Source of the DNA: Octopus bimaculoides
Lineage: Eukaryota
Direction of reading: 5' to 3'
DNA: 49,904 nucleotides
Assembly: GCF_001194135.2 (NCBI RefSeq)
Contig: NC_068990.1
Location: 27,267,388-27,317,291, forward strand
Under the pieces are notes generated by a model. The model was given only the letters and a program-made list of their open reading frames with translations, was not told where the DNA came from and made no database searches. This document shows positions 23,840-36,412 of this stretch, piece by piece. The first letter of the stretch is position 1. Each line of letters starts with the position of its first letter. The position numbers and the translations under genes are program-made.

Positions 23840-24363
23840 TGATGATGTCCATGATCACAGTGATCATCATCGTCGACGTCATCACCATCGTCATCGTCGT
23901 TGCCGTCGTCATCCTCACCATCGTCATCATCGACATCATTATCATCATCGTCATCATCATCATCCTCACACTCACTATCATCATAACCGCCATCATTATC
24001 CTTGCTGTAATCATCTTCATCTTCACCACCACCACCACCACCACCACCACCACCACCAACACCAACACCAACACCACCACCATCATCATCATCATCATAA
24101 AAGCATCATCAACATCATCGTCATCATCGTCGTCACCAACGTCGTCATCATCGTCATCACCATCGTCATCATCGTCATCATCACCATCATTATCATCATC
24201 CTCATCATCACTATCATCATAACCGCTGTCATCATCCTTGCTGTCATCATCTTTATCATCCTTATCATCACCGCCACCACCATCACCACCACCACACCAC
24301 CATCACCACCACCACAGCCACCATCACCACCACCACCACCACCATCACCGTCTCCACCGCTGC

Positions 24364-24404
<41 letters not shown>

Positions 24405-24455
24405 ACCGCATCATCGTCATCATCATCATCGTCACCATCTTCCACATCATCATTA
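23840..24455. repeat. (CAT)n/(CAC)n/(CGT)n degenerate trinucleotide array
   Basis: Read directly; includes an internal ~70-bp duplication. Confidence 0.95.
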
Positions 24456-25034
24456 TAGCTTTAACCACGTTGTTAATTATAAATCACGAGATATATCTGC
24501 AGTTAGAAAAGAAGCTGCTACATTGCATATCGCTGCTGCACTTTTAAAACTAAAATGAAAAAAAAGAAACGAAAAAATAACTGAAAAAAAAAAGAGAACG
24601 AATCAAAAATAGCGCTTTTCATGTAAATTCCGATTATTTGTCACATGAAAGAGAAATAGAGATTCTAGAAGCAGTTTCTTAGGAAGAACATTAAATGCAG
24701 CGGCAGATGCGGCGGGAACAAACAAAAATATCGCCATCGACAGCAGTAGTAACAACAACATCAAGGACTGCAATTGCAAAACCTCTGGCAATTTTTCAAC
24801 AGAAATGATCTTCTAGAATCTACGACGTAAGCCGAAGCAGATTAAAGAAGCCTCACAATTGCAAATGCAAATGGCGCATCAGCTCGACATAATAATGGTT
24901 ATACAGCTGCCATATTGCTGTTGGAAAAATATATAATTTGTAACAATTAAAACGAACTGAGATTGCAACGGAATAAAATAGTAACTATGGCAACAGAAAT
25001 ATCTGAAACCTGTGCAACAGTAAGAATAGTTTAA

Positions 25035-26095
25035 TATTTTGTCACAGAGCCAGTAAGTCCGGGGCAGGGGGTAAGCTGGTTATATCAGTTCCAGTGTTCA
25101 GTGGGTATTTGTTTTATCGGCACCGAAGGCGGTGGAAGGCAAAGTCGACCCAGGCGGAAATTGAAACCGGAAGTATTTTCCGCTAAGCATTTTCCTCGGC
25201 GTACTGACGATTTTGCCTGATCACCGTTTCCATTGCAGTGGTAATATTGGTTTCAGATCAGGCGGCGAGTTGGCAGAAACGTTAGCACGCCGGTCGAAAT
25301 GCTTAGCGGCATTTCGTCTTTATGTTCTCAGTTCAAATTCCGCGGACGTCGACTTTGCCTTTCATCCTTTCGGGGTCGAAAAATTAAGTACCAGTTGCGT
25401 ACTGAGGTCGATCTACTCGACTGGCCCCCTCCTCCAAAATTTTGGGCTTTGTGCCTAGAGTAGAAAACAATATTCATTTCCGATGGGGCGGCGATCTGGC
25501 AGAATCGTTAGCACGTCGGGCGAAATGCTTAGCAGTATTTCCTCTGCCGTTGTGTTCTGAGTTCAAATTCCGCGGACGTCGACTTTGCCTTTCNNNNNNN
25601 NNNNNNNNNNNNNNNNNNNNNNNNCCCCCTATGTTTAGCCCTTTGTGGGAAATGAAATGAATATTCATTTCAGATTTTGCTACAAGACCAGCAAATTCGG
25701 GAGAGGGCACAAGTCGATTCCATCGATCCTATCGCTTTACTGATACGAAATTTATCGACCCTGAGAGAATGAATGGCAAAGTCCACCGCGTGCAGAATTT
25801 GAACTCATAGGGTAAAGTATTTTGCCTGCCGTGCTAATCATTTTGGCAGCACGTCGCTTTAATTGTATTAGTATTAACAATACAAGGGCGGTGGAACACA
25901 CACACTTATATTTCTTTATTACCCACAGGGGGCTATACATAGAGAGGACAAACAAGGACAGACAAAGGGTTTAAGTCGATTACATCGACACCAGTGCGTA
26001 ATTGGTACTTAATTTATCGACCCCGAAAAGATGAAAGGCAAAGTCTAAGCATTTGGCTCGGCGTGCTAATGATTGTGTCAGCTTGCCGCCTTAAT
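25035..26095. mobile_element. Cluster of five family-A SINE copies in both orientations
   Basis: Approximate copies: minus 25035-25227, plus 25260-25460, plus 25486-25650 (gap), minus 25675-25880, minus 25900-26095. Each has the gaaatgcttagc and/or gtcgactttgcctttcatcc motifs. Confidence 0.85.
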
Positions 26096-26556
26096 ACACA
26101 CATACATTAGCTGTTTGAATATTTCGGTAAATATTACTAAATTATATCGAGCACTATTATTTTCTGGCAAAACTGATTAAGAGGTATAATTTAGAAAAAG
26201 ACGCACACACAGAGAGACACACACATAAACACGCACACGCGCACACACGCACACGCGCACACACGCACACACACGTGAATGTGCACACATTTAGACAGAT
26301 AGGTCGACATCGCTGAGATGATAACACATTCATATGCCTACAAACCTTATCTTGAAAGAGAAAACCTATATCTAAAATGCACCGAATCTTGACTTTATTT
26401 CCAAGGGTTAATCGCGTTTGCACTATCAATATAGCAACGAATATATTATATCTTTTTGTAAATTAATAGATTTCTCAAACAATTATTGAGTTTTCACAGT
26501 AATTAGTTTTGCGTTGATAGTTATTCTCAGCAACACTTCGAATATTTAGTCAAATA

Positions 26557-26728
26557 GGCGCAGGCGTGACTGTCTGGGAAGAATCTTCCTCCACAAACGC
26601 ATGGTTCCATGTTCAGTTCTACTGCGTGGCACCCTGGGCAAGGGTCTTTTCTACTGTAGCTTGGGGCCGACCAAATCCTTGTGAGTGGGTATGGTAGATG
26701 GAAAGTAACAGAAGCGTCGTATATATAT
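26557..26728 (+). mobile_element. Family-B SINE 5' half running into (TA)n and a gap
   Basis: ggcgcaggcgtgactgtctggg...gggccgaccaaatccttgtgagtggg...gaagcgtcgtatatat. Confidence 0.85.
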
Positions 26729-27675
26729 NNNNNNNNNNNNNNNNNNNNNNNNNNNNNNNNNNNNNNNNNNNNNNNNNNNNNNNNNNNNNNNNNNNNNNNN
26801 NNNNNNNNNNNNNNNNNNNNNNNNNNNNNNNNNNNNNNNNNNNNNNNNNNNNNNNNNNNNNNNNNNNNNNNNNNNNNNNNNNNNNNNNNNNNNNNNNNNN
26901 NNNNNNNNNNNNNNNNNNNNNNNNNNNNNNNNNNNNNNNNNNNNNNNNNNNNNNNNNNNNNNNNNNNNNNNNNNNNNNNNNNNNNNNNNNNNNNNNNNNN
27001 NNNNNNNNNNNNNNNNNNNNNNNNNNNNNNNNNNNNNNNNNNNNNNNNNNNNNNNNNNNNNNNNNNNNNNNNNNNNNNNNNNNNNNNNNNNNNNNNNNNN
27101 NNNNNNNNNNNNNNNNNNNNNNNNNNNNNNNNNNNNNNNNNNNNNNNNNNNNNNNNNNNNNNNNNNNNNNNNNNNNNNNNNNNNNNNNNNNNNNNNNNNN
27201 NNNNNNNNNNNNNNNNNNNNNNNNNNNNNNNNNNNNNNNNNNNNNNNNNNNNNNNNNNNNNNNNNNNNNNNNNNNNNNNNNNNNNNNNNNNNNNNNNNNN
27301 NNNNNNNNNNNNNNNNNNNNNNNNNNNNNNNNNNNNNNNNNNNNNNNNNNNNNNNNNNNNNNNNNNNNNNNNNNNNNNNNNNNNNNNNNNNNNNNNNNNN
27401 NNNNNNNNNNNNNNNNNNNNNNNNNNNNNNNNNNNNNNNNNNNNNNNNNNNNNNNNNNNNNNNNNNNNNNNNNNNNNNNNNNNNNNNNNNNNNNNNNNNN
27501 NNNNNNNNNNNNNNNNNNNNNNNNNNNNNNNNNNNNNNNNNNNNNNNNNNNNNNNNNNNNNNNNNNNNNNNNNNNNNNNNNNNNNNNNNNNNNNNNNNNN
27601 NNNNNNNNNNNATATATATACATACATACATAAGACTTACTTGGAAAAGGATAGCTACACATATATGTATATACA

Positions 27676-27993
27676 CATGCATATATGGGTACAGGACATC
27701 AAAAATCGTGGACAGAATGGGAAACGAGAACATAAAAAAACAGATGCATAGAAAACGAACTTTTTTTCGAACAACCAAAAAGGAAACAAACAAAGAAGCG
27801 AGACATGCAACATAAAGAACATTCCCTGTATCAGTTGTCCCCTGTTTTATCTACTCCGCGTTTCGAAGGTAAGGACAAGACGCGACTTCGTTAAAACAGT
27901 CCTTCTCGCAACCACGTTTTTTTTTATGTCCTGTACCCATATATGCATGTATACATACATGTTTCTAGTTATGTACATATATGCATTTATACA

Positions 27994-28041
<48 letters not shown>

Positions 28042-28130
28042 TATATGGGTACAGGAAGTCACCAAGTGTGTAGACAATATGAAATACGTAGACAAACAAG
28101 TTAAATACGTAAACAAGGGAAGTGTGTGTT
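27676..28130. mobile_element. Inverted-end repeat family associated with (TA)n (PLE-like or MITE)
   Basis: Perfect 24-bp IR catgcatatatgggtacaggacat (27676-27699) / 27926-27949. A third terminus, tgcatatatgggtacagga, lies at 28038-28056 across a (TA)n run. Confidence 0.6.
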
Positions 28131-28459
28131 TGTGTTTCTGTGTGTTTGTGTTTCTGTGTGTTTGTGTCTGTGTTCCTCACCACCTCCCCTTCTTCACAGC
28201 CGCTGTTAGTGTGCTGATGCGGCCACAACGTAGAGATTCGGAAAGAAAGGGCAATAAAATAAGGACTAACTATAAAAAGAACTGGTCTCGATTCATTCGA
28301 TTAGATTACTTTAAGGCTGCCCCAGCATGGCCACAGTCTAATGACTTAAACTCATGTAAGATAGATAAAATGACAGCTATATGACCTCATTTTGTATTCT
28401 TTTCAGACATTGATTTCTCATCGTAATTTTACCATCAAATTTACGCAGCATCTATACTT

Positions 28460-28610
28460 TGGGTTGAAGACCAGTCGATTAGATCGACACCAGTACGCAA
28501 CTGGTACTTAATTTATTCACCCCGAAAGGATGAAAGGCAAAGTCAACCTCGGCGGAATTTGAACTCGGAACATGAAGACAGACGAATACCTCTAAGCATT
28601 TCGCACTTTG
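28460..28610 (-). mobile_element. Family-A SINE
   Basis: cagtcgattagatcgacaccagtacgcaactggtactt...gaaaggcaaagtcaacctcggcggaatttgaactc...taagcatttcg. Confidence 0.9.
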
Positions 28611-29132
28611 AATATTGCAAATAAATAAGCTTATCATAAGTCTTCGAGCTAGGGTGTATTTTAAAAGCGACTAATATTATCAGTGTTTTTACAACTTCCA
28701 CAACGAAAGGGATTATATCAAAATACACGTATCTGTAGGATTACCAACCAAGTAATTATTGTGATCAGCGAGAGAATATTTTCTTATATAGCTGGTGGCT
28801 TGATTTTGCCCACCTGTAACAGCTTGTTTTTTTCCATATGTATATATATAAAATATTAGGGACAAAATCCAAAATTACAGGTAAAAACTCAATTAAAAAC
28901 AACTTATAAAAAATTAACATTATATTGAGCTTTATAGATTATGTATATAGCAGCTTGTTCCAGCTACATAATTCTGGTTTCAGTCCCACCTTGGGCATGG
29001 TATCTTGGCCGCAGTCAAATCACTGAAACCGATAAACGAATAGAAGTCTCTCCTTGGTAAGTATTTAATGGTTTTCAGGCGATTCTTGTTCATTGCTACT
29101 TTACTTGCTTCCCAGGAAGAAAATCTGACGGT

Positions 29133-29603
29133 GTATCTGTAGTTTCATTATTTAAGCAGAATGGTATATATAAAATATTCCTGTACCTTGTGAGTAAGAA
29201 CCTTACAAATACAGTCCCAACTTTTAAGTCACTTAAATATAAGCCCTCGATTCAATAACACCGTTTAAAAACTCTATGCTTGGAGTGACCAATTTAAAAA
29301 ACTATTGGATCTTACTGACAAGGTACAGGAATCTTATATATATATATATATATATAAGATTCCTGTACCTTGTGAGTAAGATCCAATAGTTTTTAAAATT
29401 GGTCACTCCAAGCNNNNNNNNNNNNNNNNNNNNNNNNNNNNNNNNNNNNNNNNNNNNNNNNNNNNNNNNNNNNNNNNNNNNNNNNNNNNNNNNNNNNNNN
29501 NNNNNNNNNNNNNNNNNNNNNNNNNNNNNNNTATATATATATATATATATATGTATATGTATATATATATACCATTCTGCCGAAATAATGGAAATGCAGA
29601 TAC
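29133..29603. repeat. Nested inverted repeats centred on (TA)n, including a 156-bp TIR unit
   Basis: 23-bp TIR 29177-29199 / 29310-29332; palindrome 29278-29413; outer ~40-bp IR 29133-29172 / 29563-29603. Confidence 0.75.
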
Positions 29604-29829
29604 AATATCTCTACACATACATAGACACATATATATCTGTCTGTCTATATATTGGTTAGAAATTTTGGTCCAAGACCAGCAATTTCGCGCTCGAGGTTGT
29701 GGTGAGGGTGGGCGAAAGTAAAGCGATTACATCAAAATACCTCCAAGCATTTCGCCCGACGTGCTACCGATTTTGCCAGCTCGCCACCTTTTGTGTAGTT
29801 ATATATTAATACATGATTCTACTAATATT

Positions 29830-29869
29830 ACTACTGCCGCTACCGCTGTCACTGCTGCTGCTGCTGCTG

Positions 29870-29922
<53 letters not shown>

Positions 29923-29923
29923 G

Positions 29924-29972
<49 letters not shown>

Positions 29973-29996
29973 TACTACTACTACTAATAATAATTC
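29830..29996. repeat. (CTG)n/(CTA)n microsatellite
   Basis: Read directly. Confidence 0.95.
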
Positions 29997-30466
29997 AAAA
30001 TAAATGGAAGTGGAAAGACAAGTTACCGAAGAGATTGCAAGAGTGCAATGAAATAATTTAACAAAAAACTATATAAATTAATAAAGGACTGAACCAGTGC
30101 GTGTGTTTATTACCGGCATAATGCCTCTCCCAAGGTTTAATTGTAATAATAATAATAATAATCAGAAAATTCAGTAAGGATAATTTTTTGAGAACGTAAA
30201 AGAGGAAATGAAGTAAGAAGCGATAGAGCAGAAAATGAAATAAATTTCATGCCAGCTGGACACATAAGGAGAAATGATTGGTTGTAAAGCAAAATGGAAG
30301 ACCAATTAATTGTTGTATATTGATATATAAGGATGGAAGGAAAAAAACACGAAGTATTTTAAGTGTAATATTTACTGTGTTAGATTTTTACGCTATTATC
30401 AACATAGGAATATATTAGCAGTAAGGTGGACGAAACATGTGAATGAGGTGTATCGAGGGTACGTCA

Positions 30467-30503
<37 letters not shown>

Positions 30504-30833
30504 NNNNNNNNNNNNNNNNNNNNNNNNNNNNNNNNNNNNNNNNNNNNNNNNNNNNNNNNNNNNNNNNNNNNNNNNNNNNNNNNNNNNNNNNNNNNNNNNN
30601 NNNNNNNNNNNNNNNNNNNNNNNNNNNNNNNNNNNNNNNNNNNNNNNNNNNNNNNNNNNNNNNNNNNNNNNNNNNNNNNNNNNNNNNNNNNNNNNNNNNN
30701 NNNNNNNNNNNNNNNNNNNNNNNNNNNNNNNNNNNNNNNNNNNNNNNNNNNNNNNNNNNNNNNNNNNNNNNNNNNNNNNNNNNNNNNNNNNNNNNNNNNN
30801 NNNNNNNNNNNNNNNNNNNNNNNNNNNNNNNNN

Positions 30834-30899
<66 letters not shown>

Positions 30900-31300
30900 G
30901 TATAGTTGAAATTTATAGAAAAAGAAAAGACGCCGATATCGAACAGTGTTGAGCACCAATGCGAGGATAAGGAATATGTGAGTGTGGGGTGGGATATGTC
31001 TATTACACAAACACATCTATACATACATATTCAAACATTTCAATTTGTATATATCTATAGGAAACCCATTAAACTGTAAACCTTCCTGTATGCATGTATG
31101 TATACCAGTATCTTTATTACTGTTTCTATACACAGCGCCTCTCACACAGTCATGTACACGCTCACACACACACACACACACACACGCACACACACACACG
31201 CAATCCGATAACCACATCTATATCATATACTTATGTGTGACTACTTAAGAGAGAGAGAGAGGGAGGTAGAGAAGTTTGGTGGCTCAAAGATAGACGGAGA

Positions 31301-31605
31301 CTCAAAGACAGCCCGTCGTATATATATATATATGTGTGTGTATGTGTGTGTGTGTGTGTATGTGTGTGTGTGTGTGTGTGTGTGTTGCGTCTGTGTCTGT
31401 CTCGCGCCTACTGCTTGATAATCGGTTGATGATGTGTTTTCCTCCTCGTAACCTAACGGTTCAGCAAAATAGACTGATAGAATAAGTACCTGTCCCTCCA
31501 AAATTAAGTTCCTGGGTCGATTCGTTCGACTAAAATTCTTCAAGGTGGTGCCCCAGTATGGCCGCAGTTTAATGACTGAAACATGTAACAGATAAAAGAC
31601 AGAGG
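31301..31605 (+). mobile_element. Family-B SINE, 5'-truncated, with internal (TA)n(TG)n
   Basis: aaagacagcccgtcgtatata (TG)n ... gatagaataagtacc ... aaggtggtgccccagtatggccgcagtttaatgactgaaac. Confidence 0.85.
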
Positions 31606-31689
31606 TGATGCCAAGATTTTCTGGCAACCATTGCCATACTCAAGGATTCACTTGTGTAAGTGTAGATAAAGTACAGCAACCCCTCGACT

Positions 31690-32012
31690 ATCGCGGGTGT
31701 TACGTACACCTTGCGATAGGTGAGTATCTGCGAATTAGAAACAGTAATGTATATTTTTTATTAATTTTATAATTTGTATATATTTAGTTTTTGGATTTGG
31801 TTTGCAAGATTCTTTGTGTGAATTCGTTTGCTGAAGTATATTCTTTTGTGTCTGGAGAGAGTCATTCTCTTTTAGTGCCTTATATTGAAAAAGTTGCAAA
31901 ACCCAATGAAAATTTTAGAAAAATAAATAAGTAAACGAGTGGAAATTTTACCGGTGAGTGTGTTAAATTATAAGGCACTAAAAGATAATGATTCTCCCTA
32001 GACACAACAGAA
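31690..32012. mobile_element. Inverted-repeat relic, probable Penelope-like pLTR
   Basis: ~43-bp IR 31841-31883 / 31970-32012, with a decayed hammerhead-like motif at the junction (31883-31917). Confidence 0.5.
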
Positions 32013-33021
32013 TTGCATATATTTATTTTATGATAAATGCTAAACAACACCACAGAGGAATCGACGTAAGTTTAAATAATTAACCGCGATATGTGAACCG
32101 AAATATGGCGATGGCTTACTGTACCTAAAAGTAAAAAACACAATTAAAATCGCACCCTATCCTGCATTTGGTAGCGGTCTATACCAATCTCTAATGCACA
32201 GGTACTGGGCCATTTACCCGATATACTAGGGACACAAAATGCCTCAGATGTTTGGGTATATGATAAATAAATGCTTCAGTGCTACAAATATCTGTATAAT
32301 AATATGCTTGTTCGTTCGCTGTTATACTTTAGTTAGAGAGGTGTAGATGGAGTGAGTGAGAGGCGCCGTAAAAGTGAAAGTGAAAGAGAAAGAAGAGAGG
32401 AGTTCATAAATACACTGAAGTCAGAGGCATCACGTGCTTTGTTGAAGGGAGTGGCGATTAGCGAGAGAAAAAGACGGTGAGGAAAATTGGGAGAGAGAAG
32501 TGTTAATGACTTGCTGCAGGGTGGCGAGAGAAAGGTGAACAGAAGAAGAGAAATGTTAAAGATATGAAGAGGGGGATTACATTGTTAAAAAGTGATGAAG
32601 AAGTAGAAAGAAAAAGAGGAATATAAACTGCTTAGCTGAGGGAAATTTTAGAATCGTATAATATATTATTGTGTCTGGAAGGGAAATAAAAATCATCCTT
32701 TCTTTTTTAAATAGCTTCTCTTAATGTTTTTCGTTCTGTGGAATTTTCGCAGGTCTCAAGAGTTAAATATTAACTGAAATATGAAAGTGAGAAACAGTAT
32801 TTGATATGTAGATACAAAACGTGTAAATTAGAATTTGTTTGTTTGGAATTAATGTATCTGAAAGATTTAATATACCTCTAGGGAACACCTGTGCCACGTA
32901 CAATATGGTGAAAGTTTAACAAAGGAAGATAAAGATATTGAATTTATTTAGAATAAACAGAAAGACATCATAACTCAATATATTCTTCATCCCTTCAGAG
33001 CTCCAATGCTTGTTATATTAG

Positions 33022-33215
33022 CTTCCAATTTGGGGAGAAGGCTAAGTCGATTAAATCGACCCCCAGTGCTCATCTGGTACTAGTTTTATAGACTCCGAAA
33101 GGATGAAAGGCAAAGTCGACCTCGGCGTAATTTGAACTCAGAACGCAACAACGGACGAAAATCCTGCTAGGCATTTTGTCCGGCGTGGTAAACTTTCCTG
33201 CCGGCTCACCGCCTT
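33022..33215 (-). mobile_element. Family-A SINE
   Basis: gaaaggcaaagtcgacctcggcgtaatttgaactcagaacg...ccggctcaccgcctt. Confidence 0.9.
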
Positions 33216-33390
33216 AAAAAGAGGGTTGCTTGCAGCACATAAGTTTCCTAAGCGGACACTCATCTAAGTCATAACTGACCTTGCTCAACTTTGGTGATCG
33301 GACGAGAACCGGTGCATTGAACGTCACATGACCGTAAGAAAATGTTTCACATATTTATCAGTTTCAATGTTATATTTGATTGCATATCAA

Positions 33391-34030
33391 CGCTGCGAGC
33401 TGGCAGAAACGTTAGCAGGCCGAGCGAAACGCTTAGCGGTATTTCGTCAAGGCGGCGAGTTGGCAGAAATGTTAGCACACCGGGCGAACTGCTTAGCGGT
33501 ATTTCGTCAGCCACTGCGTTCTGAGTTCAAATTCCGCCGAGGTCGACTTTGCCTTTCATCCTTTCGGGGTCGATAAATTAAGTACCAGTTACGCACTGGG
33601 GTCGATATAATCGACTTAATCCGTTTGTCTGTTCTTGTTTGTCCCCTCTGTGTGTAGCCCCTTGTGGGCAGTAAAGAAATAGGTATTTCGTCTGCCGCTA
33701 CGTTCTGAGTTCACATTCCGCCGAGGTCGACTTTGCCTTTCATCCTTTCGGGGTCGATTAAATAAGTACCAGTTACTCACTGGGGTCGATATAATCGACT
33801 TAATCTGTTTGTCTGTCCTTGTTTGTCCCCTCTGTGTATAACCCCTTGTGGGCAGTAAAGAAATAGGTATTTCGTCCGTATATACGTTCTGAATTCAAAT
33901 TCTGCCGAGGTCGACTTCGACTTTTATCCTTTCGGGGTCGATAAATCAAGTGCCAGTTGCATACTGAGGTCAATCTAATCGACTGGTCCCCCACCCCACC
34001 AAAATTTCGGGCCTTGTGTCTAGAGTTTGC
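33391..34030 (+). mobile_element. Family-A SINE tandem multimer (60-bp head duplication plus 184-bp units)
   Basis: gtatttcgtc occurs at 33439, 33499, 33683 and 33867 (spacings 60, 184, 184). Confidence 0.9.
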
Positions 34031-34569
34031 AAAGAATATATTTGATTGCATATTATAGAGGAATCAAAAGTAGCAACAAGGAGAATGGTTAGAGTGGCTG
34101 AAAAAGTGCTTTGCGTCATTTCTTCTGGCTCTTTACGATCAGTGTTCAAATTCTGCCTCTTGCCAGCGTCTGAAGAAAGGACTCCACCCCACAAAAATCA
34201 AAGCCAAACATAACAAACAAATAAAGGTTATGTTAGCTAACATTGAACCACAAAAGGAAAAGCTGGTCAGCAGAGACATTTTACTATTAGCATTTCCAAG
34301 ATGTGTGACTTCCATTGAAAAAGGTTATTCCGTGTGGATAGTTTAACAGTGGATGTTGGACATCCATACGTTGAAATAGACGGAATAACGTTCTTAATAC
34401 ATACGTATATACATAGACACACACACACACACATATGATTATATTTATATGTGTGTGTGTGTGTGTATGTGTGTATGTGTATACAGTAGTATAAATACAT
34501 GCATACAGTCATACATACATCCATGTTACACATCAGAAACAAAAAGGGGTGAAAGGTGATTCTTAAGCC

Positions 34570-34790
34570 ACAGGTTCGTAAAGCCGGTTTCCCAAACTCT
34601 GTGGCGTATGTATTCATCTCATATTGGACGGATTGCCGCTCCATCGCAGGAAAACTCATTTTTGCCAGCTGAGGGGACCGAAGCAACTCGAAAGGAACTG
34701 TTCTGCAGAAGAACACAACACACTACTGCTCGGTCTAGTAATTGAAAAGCTGCAAAACCTATACCACTAACCACGTAGTTCCACACACCA
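34570..34790 (-). mobile_element. Core-type SINE
   Basis: ccatcgcagg...gccagctgaggggaccgaagcaactcgaaagg...gaagaacacaac...accactaaccacg. Confidence 0.6.
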
Positions 34791-34974
34791 CATGACAATC
34801 GGTGTGAGTGTGTATACGTCCCGTAATCTAGCGGTGTTGTTTAATAGACCGATGAAATGTCTATATGAATATATGTATGTATATATATATATGTATACAG
34901 TACCTCCACATTTTAGGCAACCAAATTCCACAGTCTGTTTGACTATTAATTTAGCCGAAATTTGTTCGTAAATA

Positions 34975-35352
34975 GTGGCTGTGTGGTACGTAGTTTGCTT
35001 ACCAAAAACATGGATCCGGTTTTAGTCGTTTAGCGTAGCACCTTGGGCAAGTGTCTTCAACTATAGCCTCAGGTCGACCAAAGCCTTGTGAGCGGATTTG
35101 GTAGACAGAAACTGAAAGAAGCCCGTCGTATATATATATATATAATTGTTATTATAATTGTTGCTGCAATAAAGTATCTTCAATGCATTGATTTTGAGCT
35201 CTATCCTTTAAGAGACATGTATACATATATATATATNNNNNNNNNNNNNNNNNNNNNNNNNNNNNNNNNNNNNNNNNNNNNNNNNNNNNNNNNNNNNNNN
35301 NNNNNNNNNNNNNNNNNNNNNNNNNNNNNNNNNNNNNNNNNNNNNNTATATT

Positions 35353-35392
<40 letters not shown>

Positions 35393-35595
35393 TATATAAG
35401 TTTGTGTCTCTGTGTTTGTTCTCCCAACATCACTTGACAACCGATGCTGGTGTGTTTACGTCCCCGCAACCTAGCGGTTCGGCAAAAGAGACCGATAGAA
35501 TAAGTACTAGACCTACAAAAGGATAAATCTTGGGGTCGATTTGCTCGACTAAATACAGTGTTCCAGCATGGCCGCAGTCAAATGATTGAAACGAA
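34975..35595 (+). mobile_element. Near full-length bipartite family-B SINE with internal microsatellite and gap
   Basis: 5' tRNA-like half 34975-35130; (TA)n/(TG)n with gap 35237-35346; 3' half 35400-35595 ending ccagcatggccgcagtcaaatgattgaaac. Confidence 0.9.
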
Positions 35596-36125
35596 TACTT
35601 GCAAATTACTCTCAGGGGAATCGAACGCGGGACAACATGTGTTCGAAAACGAATCTCTTAACCACATAACCATACACGAGACAGTTTATAGAAATAACAT
35701 AGGAGAATAAATAACGTAAAAAATCATGTTTAATGCATTCAAACAACACTGTTGATATTCAGCCGCACTTCTGAGCAACACACTAAATTATACATACATC
35801 ATTTCCTTATATTTAAAAAAAATAAACAGAGACTACTAGATCTGGGTACCATAACTGACATAAATATATTAAACGCTATGGAGCATACAAAAAAAAAAAA
35901 GAACAAAAGAGTCATTACTAATGATTGCCACGTTTCCGTGCAGAAGTATAAGCCATCACCATCGGACCCCTATTTAACTTGTGTCATACATCATCCTGTC
36001 AGGTTGACAACAATCACAGTAAACAGCCATTTATTTTACAAAAAAGAATAATGCTCTTTTCTGTGAGGATAAAGTTGATATTGCAATGAGGTTTCCTACA
36101 CAACGCAATGTTTATATGCTTGTCG

Positions 36126-36171
<46 letters not shown>

Positions 36172-36287
36172 NNNNNNNNNNNNNNNNNNNNNNNNNNNNN
36201 NNNNNNNNNNNNNNNNNNNNNNNNNNNNNNNNNNNNNNNNNNNNNNNNNNNNNNNNNNNNNNNNNNNNNNNNNNNNNNNNNNNNNNN

Positions 36288-36373
36288 GTGTCTTTTACTA
36301 TAGCCTCGGGCCGACCAAAGCCTTGTGAGTGGATTTGGTAGACGGAAACTGAAAGAAGCCCGTCGTATATATG

Positions 36374-36412
<39 letters not shown>

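Noticed and set aside
23776-24558. His-, Ser-, Asp- or Met-rich ORFs
   Set aside because: All frames are products of a (CAT/CAC)n array; no non-repetitive coding flank or splice support.
24647-24830. GC-richer stretch with an acceptor-like and a gtaagc donor-like site
   Set aside because: No frame stays open between the two sites.
33499-34030. Regularly spaced repeats that might suggest a CRISPR array
   Set aside because: Units are whole 184-bp SINE bodies with no unique spacers, in eukaryotic DNA with no cas genes.
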